In this document: piece after piece, positions 49,638-59,462 of the stretch
Numbering within the stretch: the stretch's first letter is position 1
Layout of the letters: every line of letters begins with the position of its first letter
Assembly: GCA_965203325.1 (NCBI GenBank)
Contig: OZ241875.1
Coordinates: 1,568,001 to 1,632,000 of the forward strand
Source of the DNA: a bacterium
GTDB taxonomy: Bacteria; UBA8248
DNA length: 64,000 nt
Direction of reading: 5' to 3'
The notes under the pieces: model-generated
What the model saw: the letters and a program-made list of their open reading frames with translations, nothing else
Told to the model about the DNA's origin: nothing
The model's database searches: none
Position numbers and translations under genes: made by a program

Positions 49638-50692
49638 GCCGGGACCTCCGCCAGGCGATACGGCGCGGCGTCACGCAGCTTCCTGAGCAGTTCAGGAGAG
49701 ATAGGCCGGGTATCGCCCGCATCGGGGATGGCGAGGGCCGAGCAGCGAAAGCGCGCCTTCTCACTCGGAAGAGAGGCAGCGGCCCATTTCGCCACGACCC
49801 GGTCGAGCCGAACCGCGCCGACCGCAAGCTGGGAGAGGCGATAGCTCCTGTGCCGGGGTCTCACGCACGCGGCTTTCCACCGCCCTGCTCCCTTCTCGAG
49901 CGCGCCGCCGCATTCCGGGCAGACGAGGCCATTTGCACACAGTATCTCCGGCCAGTGCTCCTCCAGCACGCTCTCGGTGCGGCACGTCGGGCATCTCACA
50001 TGCCAGCGCCTGCGGTCCCCCGCCTCGTACATGGCGTGAATGCCCGCACCGGGAGTTCTGCCGACAGCCAGGTTGAGCGTAAGAGCCAGGGGCGAGGCGT
50101 CGATGCGGTCGTTCGACCATTTGAGGTTGTCCGGCGGAAGGTCGTCCACCTCGTCGCGGACAAGCACGTCGAGCGGGATGGATATGGCGTTGCCGATGTC
50201 CCTGAGACCCAGGATGTAGAGAAAACGCGAGCCCCCGGGGCCGGGGAACTCCTTGAGACCCTTGGGGGATGCGCCACGGTACTTTCCGTCGCGCATGATC
50301 GAGGCGATACTTTCGTTTCGAATCACCGGGCGCACGCGCGTCTGGTCGAAGCGGTCCGCGAAATCCTGATCGGGCAGAAAATAGCCCACGTTCAGGCGGT
50401 GGACGATGACGCAATAGAGCGCAAAACCGATGGCGAGGGTGGTCATGCCCACCTGCGCGCCCTTCAGGACGCTGATGGTCCGATCGGGCGCCCGGCAATT
50501 TATAATCTCATCGAGCGCGGCGGCGATCTCCAGAAGCGCCTCTCTGCCTTTGAAGGTGAACGCGCCGGTGTCGGTCGACATCTCGCCCGTCAGAAACCGG
50601 GCCAGCCCGCGCGCCTCGCCCGGAAATCGCGGCGCGCCGCCGGCGGCGAGGTCCATACCGGGCACCCGGATGATTTTCAGGGACTTTCGCAC
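49634..50692 (-). CDS. Terminase large subunit, GpA-like ATPase domain
   Basis: VLKGAQVGMT (GpA-type P-loop), YFLP, VLVRDEVD (Walker B), GDRRRWHVRCPTC..CPECG zinc ribbon; GTG start. Confidence 0.8.
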   Translation of the reverse strand: MRKSLKIIRVPGMDLAAGGAPRFPGEARGLARFLTGEMSTDTGAFTFKGREALLEIAAALDEIINCRAPDRTISVLKGAQVGMTTLAIGFALYCVIVHRLNVGYFLPDQDFADRFDQTRVRPVIRNESIASIMRDGKYRGASPKGLKEFPGPGGSRFLYILGLRDIGNAISIPLDVLVRDEVDDLPPDNLKWSNDRIDASPLALTLNLAVGRTPGAGIHAMYEAGDRRRWHVRCPTCRTESVLEEHWPEILCANGLVCPECGGALEKGAGRWKAACVRPRHRSYRLSQLAVGAVRLDRVVAKWAAASLPSEKARFRCSALAIPDAGDTRPISPELLRKLRDAAPYRLAEVPA

Positions 50693-50740
50693 CGGGACTC
50701 CTCCCTCCCAAGGATGCCGCGCGCATCCTCACGAGGGAGG

Positions 50741-50793
50741 AATATAGGGGATGGGGCCTGTGAGCCATGACGCGCAAATGCGGGGAAATGCGC
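50741..50793 (-). promoter_or_regulatory. Shared activator-type promoter of the terminase/portal operon (23-bp motif + N24 + TATATT)
   Basis: 23-bp motif 50771-50793 identical to 37662-37684; -10-like TATATT at 50746-50741 at identical spacing. Confidence 0.72.
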
Positions 50794-51015
50794 GGTCTGG
50801 CTTTCATCGCGCCACTTCTCTGCAGCGCGCATCCGGAGCCATCGAGATCAAATCGCCGGGTAATTTCCCGGCACACCCCGTTGATCGCGCCCCCGACTTC
50901 CTGTAAATCCCTCCCTGAAACGAAGTCGAATGAAGGCGCAGGGATCGCCATGCCCCTCTTGTAATCGGGCGCGTGCTACACAGGCGGCGCTCATGATGAT
51001 ATAGTGGGGGCTACA

Positions 51016-51212
51016 CTCATCCAACGCCCAGGATTGCTCTGGAGACGATTGGGGGGTTTCCCCCGCGAGGAATCCCTATTTTCCTTGACTGAACGGCCGG
51101 CTTCGACGCCCTTCGGGGTGCGAGGCCACCTCAAGGAGATTGGTGTATGCGTCGCACCACGATGAGAATCAAGCCCGGAGGCGTCGGGAAAACACCGACC
51201 GGGTAAAGCGGG
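51016..51212 (+). other. Structured leader candidate upstream of amtB
   Basis: Extended -10-like TGATATAGT at ~50997-51005; stems CTCATC/GATGAG, TCCTTGA/TCAAGGA, TGGTG/CACCA, GTCGG/CCGAC. Confidence 0.35.
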
Positions 51213-51340
51213 GGCTGTGGGGGCCGCATCTACGCGGCGGAAGGCGGCATTCGAGCCGGCGGGCGGGTGAAGCCGCCGCTTCCAACCCGAACAAAAATTT
51301 TTCGGATTATTGTTTCAATTTCCAAAGGAGGTTCAAAAAG

Positions 51341-52624
<1,284 letters not shown>

Positions 52625-52692
52625 GCCGCAACGAAAAAGACCCCGGGGCGCGTCCCCGGGGTCGCTCCCTCCCGCGAACGCGCGACCTCCCG

Positions 52693-52930
52693 AGGAGGGG
52701 TTGTTGCCCCCCATCGAAAGTGTTCACCGTCCTTCCGGCGAATGCCGGAAGGACGATCCAAACCAAATCGGACAGGTCGCGACCTGTCCCTACAGACGAA
52801 CGCAACCATGCTCACGTAGGGGCGGACCTGTGTGTCCGCCCTGATTCCTGAAACGAAAAGCGGGCGGACACACAGGTCCGCCCCTACGGTAAAATCCCGA
52901 CCTAAACGCAAGAGGATTTTCAACAACCCC
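52693..52930. repeat. Composite repeat with three GTAG-REP-like hairpins
   Basis: GGACAGGTCGCGACCTGTCCCTAC (52770), GTAGGGGCGGACCTGTGTGTCCGCCC (52816), GGGCGGACACACAGGTCCGCCCCTAC (52862); ends TTTTCAACAACCCC. Confidence 0.8.
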
Positions 52931-52954
52931 GATTCGATCTGAAGCGAAATAACC

Positions 52955-54808
52955 CTACGCGCTCGACTGCGCGGCCGATTCCCTGATTCGCTCGAAATAC
53001 GCCTTGGCGTCATCGGGCAGGGAGGTGAAGCGCATCACCAGTCGGTTCCCGTCCGCCTCCACGACTTTCGCATAGACATCCGAAACATCCGCATCTTCCG
53101 CCACGCGCAGCATGAGGTTCGCGTTCCTCTCGAAGGCGACCTCCGCCACCACGTCCAGGCAATTCTCCGAGATGCGTTCGATGGCGGCGGAAACCGCCTC
53201 GTCCGACACCGTCTTGCCCTCGAGGGCGGACATCCGCACGCCGGCCGGCGAGGCGAGGTCCACGAACACTTCGGGGGCGGCTTCGGGCATTTCGCACGCA
53301 TAGGGCCCCGACATGCCCCGCACCTCGTAGACGCGAACCGGCTCCTCCATCCCCTTGAAGCGCAAATCCTGTGTATCGCCCACCTGAACGAATTCCGCCA
53401 TCTTCTGGTAGGTATCCATGCTGATGAGCACCTGCCCGCTGACGGTGTAGGACTCGATGCGGTAGGCCATGTTGATGGCCGTGCCCATCGCGCCGTACTT
53501 GGTGCGTTTCTCCGAACCGATGTTGCCGACGATCACCTCGCCCGTGTTGATGGCGATTCCCATGTGAAGGTCGGGCATGCCGCGCGCGCGCTGCTCTTGG
53601 TTGATCTCGACGAGGGCGCGCTGCATCTCCACGGCGCAGGCCACCGCCCGGGCCGAGTCGTCAGGAGCGGCGAGCGGCGCTCCGAAGAACGCGAGAATGC
53701 CGTCTCCCTGGAACTCGTCCACCGTGCCCCGGTGCCTGGTGATGATGTCCACCATCGGTTCGAGGAAGCGGTTCACCACGTCGATGACCTCATTCGGCGT
53801 CAGGCGCGAGGAGAGCGCGGTGAACCCCCGCAGGTCCGAAACCAGGAAGGTCACCTCACGCACCTCGCCGCCGAGCTTGAGGCCGTCGGGCGAGTTCAGG
53901 AGTTCATCCACGATCTCCTTGCTGATGTAGCGGCCGAAGGTGTCGCGTATGAAATCACGCTGCTTCAAACCATCGATCATGCCCTCGAACGAGGTGGCCA
54001 GACGGCCCACCTCGTCGTGGCTCCTCTTGGCGGGCACCGTGACGTCGAGATTGCCCTGGCTCACCTCTTCCGCCGCGGACGTCAGGTTCCTGATCAGGCG
54101 CAGCATCCGCGAGGAGATGACCCAGAAGAGAATGAGGCCAAGAGCGACCAGGATGATTGTGAAGCGAAGCAGCTTGAAGGTGTTCGTCGCCACCTGCTCG
54201 GCCACAGGGTTCGCGACCTTGTTGAGCATCAGGATGGCCACCACCTTGCCGTTCAACTTGAGCGGCGTGTTGAGCTGTAAGAACTGATCGAACTCGCGGT
54301 CCCCCACCTCTCCGCCGAAGAGCCGGGAGCGCATCATCTCGCCTTTGTTCCAGGTGTCGTTCGTGGCCTTGTAGGTGGCGGGAAAGACCCGGTGGAGTTG
54401 GACGTCCTGGCCGATCTGGAACCCGTCGTGCGCGGCGGCGACGTATTCGTAGCTGCCGTTCGGCCGCCTGCGCATGATGATGGCGTTGTCCACACCCGAA
54501 ACACTCTTGATGCGCCGAAGCACGGCGAGCACTTCCCTGTACTCGGCGGTTTTCTTGTCCTCGGGAATTCTCAGGCTGTGGACGGCTTCTGCGTCTATTC
54601 GGGAGGCGCCGCGCTCGGCGAAGAACTCGAGCCTGGCCGAGAGCACGTTGAGCTCGTAGTTGTAGCTCGATTGGTAGTAGCGGTAGGACATCGGAACGAT
54701 GGCGACGATGAGAATAATCAGGACAAGAATGAGGCTCTTGAAGACGATGGAGCAGTAAAACCCCTGTCGGGCCGGGGTGCTCGGTTCAGAACTGCTGGAT
54801 TGGGACAT
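52955..54808 (-). CDS. Membrane-bound class III adenylate/guanylate cyclase (sensor-HAMP-cyclase, C-terminal PilZ-like domain)
   Basis: Two TM helices, HAMP (DEVGRLA..F), SDLRGFT, DEFQGDGILA, GNIGS..RTKY..MG..IN.A.RIE. Confidence 0.9.
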   Translation of the reverse strand: MSQSSSSEPSTPARQGFYCSIVFKSLILVLIILIVAIVPMSYRYYQSSYNYELNVLSARLEFFAERGASRIDAEAVHSLRIPEDKKTAEYREVLAVLRRIKSVSGVDNAIIMRRRPNGSYEYVAAAHDGFQIGQDVQLHRVFPATYKATNDTWNKGEMMRSRLFGGEVGDREFDQFLQLNTPLKLNGKVVAILMLNKVANPVAEQVATNTFKLLRFTIILVALGLILFWVISSRMLRLIRNLTSAAEEVSQGNLDVTVPAKRSHDEVGRLATSFEGMIDGLKQRDFIRDTFGRYISKEIVDELLNSPDGLKLGGEVREVTFLVSDLRGFTALSSRLTPNEVIDVVNRFLEPMVDIITRHRGTVDEFQGDGILAFFGAPLAAPDDSARAVACAVEMQRALVEINQEQRARGMPDLHMGIAINTGEVIVGNIGSEKRTKYGAMGTAINMAYRIESYTVSGQVLISMDTYQKMAEFVQVGDTQDLRFKGMEEPVRVYEVRGMSGPYACEMPEAAPEVFVDLASPAGVRMSALEGKTVSDEAVSAAIERISENCLDVVAEVAFERNANLMLRVAEDADVSDVYAKVVEADGNRLVMRFTSLPDDAKAYFERIRESAAQSSA

Positions 54809-54987
54809 ACTCACGCCTCCGGCGGCGGCTCCAGAGGCCAGTATACACCAGCGGAGCGCAGGGAAAAGCCGAAAACGAGGGGGATATGTATCCACCGCAG
54901 GGACAGGCCGCGACCTGTGGGGCAACCCCGAGGAGGGACTGCCACTACAAAAACCGCCTCTCACCGGTCGCCTCCTCGCCTTGAAAA

Positions 54988-55180
54988 CCAACCCCCCCTA
55001 CCCCCCCTTGTCAGGGGGCAAGAAAAAGCAAAACCCCCTCAACCCGGCGAAGGCGCATCGCCTTTTTATACCCCCCTGACAAGGGGGGGTTGGTTTTATC
55101 CTCTGATAATGGGGGATGGGAGGTGAATTCCGACTGAGGAAGGAGGAATTCTTCCCAGCAAAGACCTTTCCAACAACCCC
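54988..55180. repeat. Composite palindromic repeat copy
   Basis: CCCCCCCTACCCCCCTTGTCAGGGGG...CCCCCTGACAAGGGGGGG; ends TTTCCAACAACCCC. Confidence 0.8.
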
Positions 55181-56190
55181 TACGCCGTGCGCTTTTTCCC
55201 CACGTAGTCGAGCAGGACGGCCAGAATGATGATGGCGCCCACGGCCAGCAGTTGCCAGTCGGCGGCGATGCCCAGCAGGTTCAGGCCGTTTCGGATGCAC
55301 GCGATGATGAGCGTGCCGATGACGGTGCCGATGACGCGCCCCTCGCCGCCCAGCAGCGAGGCGCCGCCGATGACGACCGCGGCGATGACGTCCATCAGGT
55401 CGAACATGCCCATGATGGCCTGGGCGGCCATGAGGCGCGAGGCCATCACCACGCCCGCGAGCGCGCCGCAGAAAGCGCTGAAGACGAGCACGAAAAGCTT
55501 GACGGCGAAGACGTTGACGCCGGCGACGCGGGCGGCCTCCTTGTTGCCGCCGACGGCGTAGATGTTCGTGCCCAAAACGGTGCGCGAGAGGATGAGGTGC
55601 GCCGCCAGAAAGACGACGCCCATGATGACGGCGGCCATGGGAAACGGACCCAGGTAGCCCTGGCCGATGACGCTGAACGCCTCGGGCAGGCCGAAGATGG
55701 ACTGCTCGCCCGTGAGGATGAGCGCGCCGCCGCGCGCGAGGCTGTCCATCGCCAGCGTGAGGATGAAGGCGGGGATCGCGAACCAGCCCACGAAGACCCC
55801 GCTCACGGCGCCCAGCGCGACACCCAGAAGCAGGGTGGCGAACACCGCGGGCACGATGGGCACGCCGTATTCCTTGAGCAGAAGCGCGACGACGACCGCG
55901 CCCATCGACTGGATGGAGGCCACCGACAGGTCGATCTCCGCGCAGATGATGACGAGCGTGAGGCCCGCCGCCATGATGCCGATGTTGGATGACTGGAGCA
56001 GGATGTTCATCATGTTCGAGACGGTGAAGAAGTTCTCCGCCGTGATCGAGAGAAAGACGATCAGCAAGATGAGCGCCAGGATAAGGCCGTATCTGGAAAA
56101 ACCCGACGCGATGAGAGAGGCGATGTCGTATCCCCCCCTCACTTCGGCGGCCGAGCCGCGCCCGGTATCGGTTTTTCCTTCGCCGCTCAT
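55180..56190 (-). CDS. CUT2 (RbsC-like) ABC transporter permease
   Basis: IDLSV, GTNIYAVGGNKEAARVAG, IAAVVIGGASLLGG. Confidence 0.92.
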   Translation of the reverse strand: MSGEGKTDTGRGSAAEVRGGYDIASLIASGFSRYGLILALILLIVFLSITAENFFTVSNMMNILLQSSNIGIMAAGLTLVIICAEIDLSVASIQSMGAVVVALLLKEYGVPIVPAVFATLLLGVALGAVSGVFVGWFAIPAFILTLAMDSLARGGALILTGEQSIFGLPEAFSVIGQGYLGPFPMAAVIMGVVFLAAHLILSRTVLGTNIYAVGGNKEAARVAGVNVFAVKLFVLVFSAFCGALAGVVMASRLMAAQAIMGMFDLMDVIAAVVIGGASLLGGEGRVIGTVIGTLIIACIRNGLNLLGIAADWQLLAVGAIIILAVLLDYVGKKRTA

Positions 56191-56215
56191 CGTCCCCTCC
56201 GTTACCGTGCGATTC

Positions 56216-57802
56216 TTACACCGCCGTGCCCGTCGCGTAGCGCATGATGGTCTCCGCGTCGGCGTCTTCTCTTAGAACCTCACCGGTGATGCAGCCCTCG
56301 TTCATCACGATGATCCGGTTGCAGATCGCCGTGACCTCGGGCAATTCCGAGGATATCACGATGATCGCCACGCCGAGCTGCGCGAGTTCCTCGAGGATGC
56401 GGTATATCTCCACCTTGGCGCCCGCGTCGACGCCCTTGGTCGGCTCATCCAGAATGACGACCCGCGCCCCGGTGGATATCCCCCGCGCGAGGAGCACCTT
56501 CTGCTGGTTTCCTCCGCTGAGCTGGGCGATCTGATCCGTGAGAGAAGCGACCTTGATGCTCAGCCGCTCCACGTAGTCGCGCGAGAGGCCGTCCGCACCC
56601 GAGCCGTTGACCCAGCCGAGCAGGCGCGTGAGCCTTCGCGAGCGGCTCTCCCGGCCGAAGTTGAACAGGGTAATCAGCAGGTTCTCCAGCACCGAGAGGA
56701 GCGGGAACACGCCCTGGTTCTTGCGGTCCTCGGTCAGGAAAGACAGCCCGTGGCGTATGGCGTCGCGGGGCTTGCGGATACTCACTGGCTCGCCGTCGAT
56801 GAGCACCTCGCCGGCATCGACCCTGTCGAGACCGAAGAGCGCGCGGAACAAGTCCGTGCGTCCCGCGCCGACCAATCCTGCAAAACCCAGGATATCACCC
56901 TGCCTGACGCGGAAACTCACGTCGCTGAAAACGCCTGCTGACGTGAAATTCCTGACTTCGAGAACCTCCTCACCGATCTCCCCCGAAATCCTGGGATAGC
57001 GTTCGCTGAATGTGCGCCCCGTCATCATGCGGATCAGTGTGTCGACCTCGGTGTTCTCGGCATCAATCGTCCCGACGTGGCGCCCGTCGCGCAGGACGGA
57101 AATGCGATCGCCGATAGCGAGGCAGTCCTCCAGCGTGTGGGAGACGTAGACGACCCCGATGCCGCGCGCCGTCAAGCGCTCGATGACCTCGAAGAGCGCT
57201 TCTTTCTCCCCGGGACCGAGGGACGAGGTGGGTTCGTCCATCAGGATGACCTTGGCGTCGAAAGCCACCGCCTTGGCGATCTCGAGAAACTGCATGTCCG
57301 ACAAACTCAGAGTCAATACCTGGGCGTTCGGGTCGACCTCGATTCCGAGCTCGGTGAATATCTCGCGGCAGCGCCGCTTCATCGCCGCCTCATCGCGCAC
57401 GCCCAGCCGCCCGAGCAGAAGGTTTTTGCTTCTCAAATCGCGGCCCAGGAAGAGGTTGCTCTTCACGTCCATCAGCCGCACGAGGCTCAGTTCCTGGTGG
57501 ATCACGCTGATGCCGAGTTCGCGCGTAAGCGCGGGGGAGCACCTCTCGATCACTTCTCCTTCGAACTCCATCTCGCCGGCGTCCTTTTCGACGACGCCCG
57601 AGATGATCTTGATCATGGTCGACTTGCCGGCCCCGTTCTCGCCCAGCAGCACGTGGACCTCGCCGGGGCGCACGCTGAAGTCCACCTCGTCCAAGGCCAC
57701 GACGCCCGGAAACCGCTTGCCGATACCGCGCATGTCGAGGATGAGGTGTTCATCCGCGGCGTCTGTGCGAGATTCGGTTGGATGGGAAGGGGATGACGTC
57801 AT
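56216..57802 (-). CDS. CUT2 (RbsA-like) double-domain ABC ATPase
   Basis: GENGAGKST, MDEPT, GLVGAGRT, LSGGNQQK, LDEPTKGVD. Confidence 0.93.
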   Translation of the reverse strand: MTSSPSHPTESRTDAADEHLILDMRGIGKRFPGVVALDEVDFSVRPGEVHVLLGENGAGKSTMIKIISGVVEKDAGEMEFEGEVIERCSPALTRELGISVIHQELSLVRLMDVKSNLFLGRDLRSKNLLLGRLGVRDEAAMKRRCREIFTELGIEVDPNAQVLTLSLSDMQFLEIAKAVAFDAKVILMDEPTSSLGPGEKEALFEVIERLTARGIGVVYVSHTLEDCLAIGDRISVLRDGRHVGTIDAENTEVDTLIRMMTGRTFSERYPRISGEIGEEVLEVRNFTSAGVFSDVSFRVRQGDILGFAGLVGAGRTDLFRALFGLDRVDAGEVLIDGEPVSIRKPRDAIRHGLSFLTEDRKNQGVFPLLSVLENLLITLFNFGRESRSRRLTRLLGWVNGSGADGLSRDYVERLSIKVASLTDQIAQLSGGNQQKVLLARGISTGARVVILDEPTKGVDAGAKVEIYRILEELAQLGVAIIVISSELPEVTAICNRIIVMNEGCITGEVLREDADAETIMRYATGTAV

Positions 57803-57842
57803 GGGCGAGTCTTCCAGTTGGAGGATCGGGCGGCGCAAAAGA

Positions 57843-58108
57843 GTCTGTTGAAAAGCCCCTGCAATGCCGGAATGATGGCCAAAACCCGAAACCGGGCGGC
57901 GGCGCAGGCTCTCACCTTAAAAACCAACCCCCCCTACCCCCCCTTGTCAGGGGGGTAAAAAAAAGAAAGCTCCCCTTGTCAGGGGGGCAAGAAAAAACAA
58001 AAGCCCCTCTACCGTTGGCGGGCGGCGCCTTTTCATACCCCCCTGACAAGGGGGGGTAGGGGGGGTTGCCTTTATCCCCTGAGGAGGAGACTTTTTCAAC
58101 AACTCCCC
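57843..58108. repeat. Composite palindromic repeat copy
   Basis: GTCTGTTGAAAAGCCCC ... core inverted repeat with a duplicated CCCCTTGTCAGGGGGG ... TTTTTCAACAACTCCCC. Confidence 0.85.
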
Positions 58109-58174
58109 AAGCGGCGCATACGCTCGCCACGTTCGCCACAGCCTTGAGCGCGAAAATCCTCCCCGCGTGGGCCG

Positions 58175-59380
58175 CTATATCTCCAGCGGCTCCTTGGGAA
58201 AGGAGGTAAAGGAGACGCCGCCGTCCTTCGTGACGTGCACCATGTCCTCGTTGCCGAACAGGTAGGTATTCTCGACGGCGATGCGCGGCTCGACGGCGAG
58301 TACCATGTTCTCCTCGAGGGGCAGCTTCTCGATCCCCATGTCGGGGCGCTCGTGGATGTCCCACCCCAGGCCGTGGCCCAGGAACCTGTCCCACAAATCG
58401 AACCCGGCATCGCGAGCCATCGCCTCGGCCGTGTCGACGAGCCTGCTCGCAACGACGCCCGGCTTCGCCTCCTCGATGACCGTCCGCTGAATATCGAGAA
58501 TCGTCTCATAGGCGCGCCGGTGTACCTCCGTCACCGGCCCCATGGCGCGCGTGCGCGAGGAGTCGACCGGATAGCCCTCGAAACGCATGCAGATGTCCCA
58601 GTGCACGACGTTGCCGCGCTCGACCGCCTTGGCCGGGCTGGGCATGTGCAAGAGCGCGCCCGCCACCGGATAGCCGCTGCAGATGAGGCTGGGCGAGCTG
58701 CTGCACGAATCCTCGTAAATCGGGTCGGCAGATCGCATCGCGTGCTCGGCGGCGCGGATGAGTTCGAGTTCGGTCGTGCCGACGCCCTCCTCACCCAGGA
58801 TGGCGGCGACGGTCTCATGCCCCAAATCCGCCACGCGGCCCGCCTTGCGCATCATCTCCAGATCGAAATCGCTCTTCACCATCCGGAGTTCCTCCACGAT
58901 GGTAGAGCGCACGATTTCGAGGTCGGGGAACGTCTCCCGCATCCCCGCGTAAAGAGGGGCGGGGAACTTGTCGAACGTCTCGACGCCGACGCGCTTCACG
59001 TCGCCCGCCTCACGGATGAGCTTCTCCAGATTCTCGACGGAGAGGCCGTCGCCCTTTTTCGCCGAAAACCCCTCCCCGGCCACGATGCGCGGTACGCACA
59101 CCTCCCTCGTCGGCATGAGGCCCGGATCGACCATGAGCGCGGGATCGTCGGTTTGCGTGATGAAGGCCGCGCCCCCGTCGACGATGGAGGTCTCCGTGGA
59201 CGTCAAGCTGATCCAGCCCGCCCGGTCGGGAAAGTAGTCGGTGAGGTAGCGCAGGCTGCCGGAGAGCTTGTTGTTGCCGTAGACGATCAAGGCGTCGTAT
59301 TCGCGCTCCGCCATCAATCGCCGGGTGTTCGCCAGCCGCCGGTCGATTTCGGCCTGGAGCACGTCGCGTGGAATGGGCAT
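58175..59380 (-). CDS. M24 family (Xaa-Pro peptidase/creatinase-like) hydrolase
   Basis: RMVKS, D....EGYPVDSSRT, GHGLG.DIHE, VEP, ED metal-ligand motifs. Confidence 0.85.
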   Translation of the reverse strand: MPIPRDVLQAEIDRRLANTRRLMAEREYDALIVYGNNKLSGSLRYLTDYFPDRAGWISLTSTETSIVDGGAAFITQTDDPALMVDPGLMPTREVCVPRIVAGEGFSAKKGDGLSVENLEKLIREAGDVKRVGVETFDKFPAPLYAGMRETFPDLEIVRSTIVEELRMVKSDFDLEMMRKAGRVADLGHETVAAILGEEGVGTTELELIRAAEHAMRSADPIYEDSCSSSPSLICSGYPVAGALLHMPSPAKAVERGNVVHWDICMRFEGYPVDSSRTRAMGPVTEVHRRAYETILDIQRTVIEEAKPGVVASRLVDTAEAMARDAGFDLWDRFLGHGLGWDIHERPDMGIEKLPLEENMVLAVEPRIAVENTYLFGNEDMVHVTKDGGVSFTSFPKEPLEI

Positions 59381-59462
59381 GTCCGTCCCCTCAGGCGAGG
59401 ACGCGCGGGGAGACGGGGAATAATAACCCCCGCCTCCGCCGCGCGGCGCCGCGTTTGAACTC

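Noticed and set aside
31331..50692. One contiguous intact prophage with cargo genes
   Set aside because: Intervening genes are host-type and carry host repeats; integration, replication, immunity and lysis genes are missing; each module has its own copy of the promoter motif.
51016..51166. SAM-I riboswitch (CTCATC...GATGAG ends)
   Set aside because: The core SAM-I elements (GAGGGA.TGGCCC, GCAACC, GTGC.AA.TCC) are absent.
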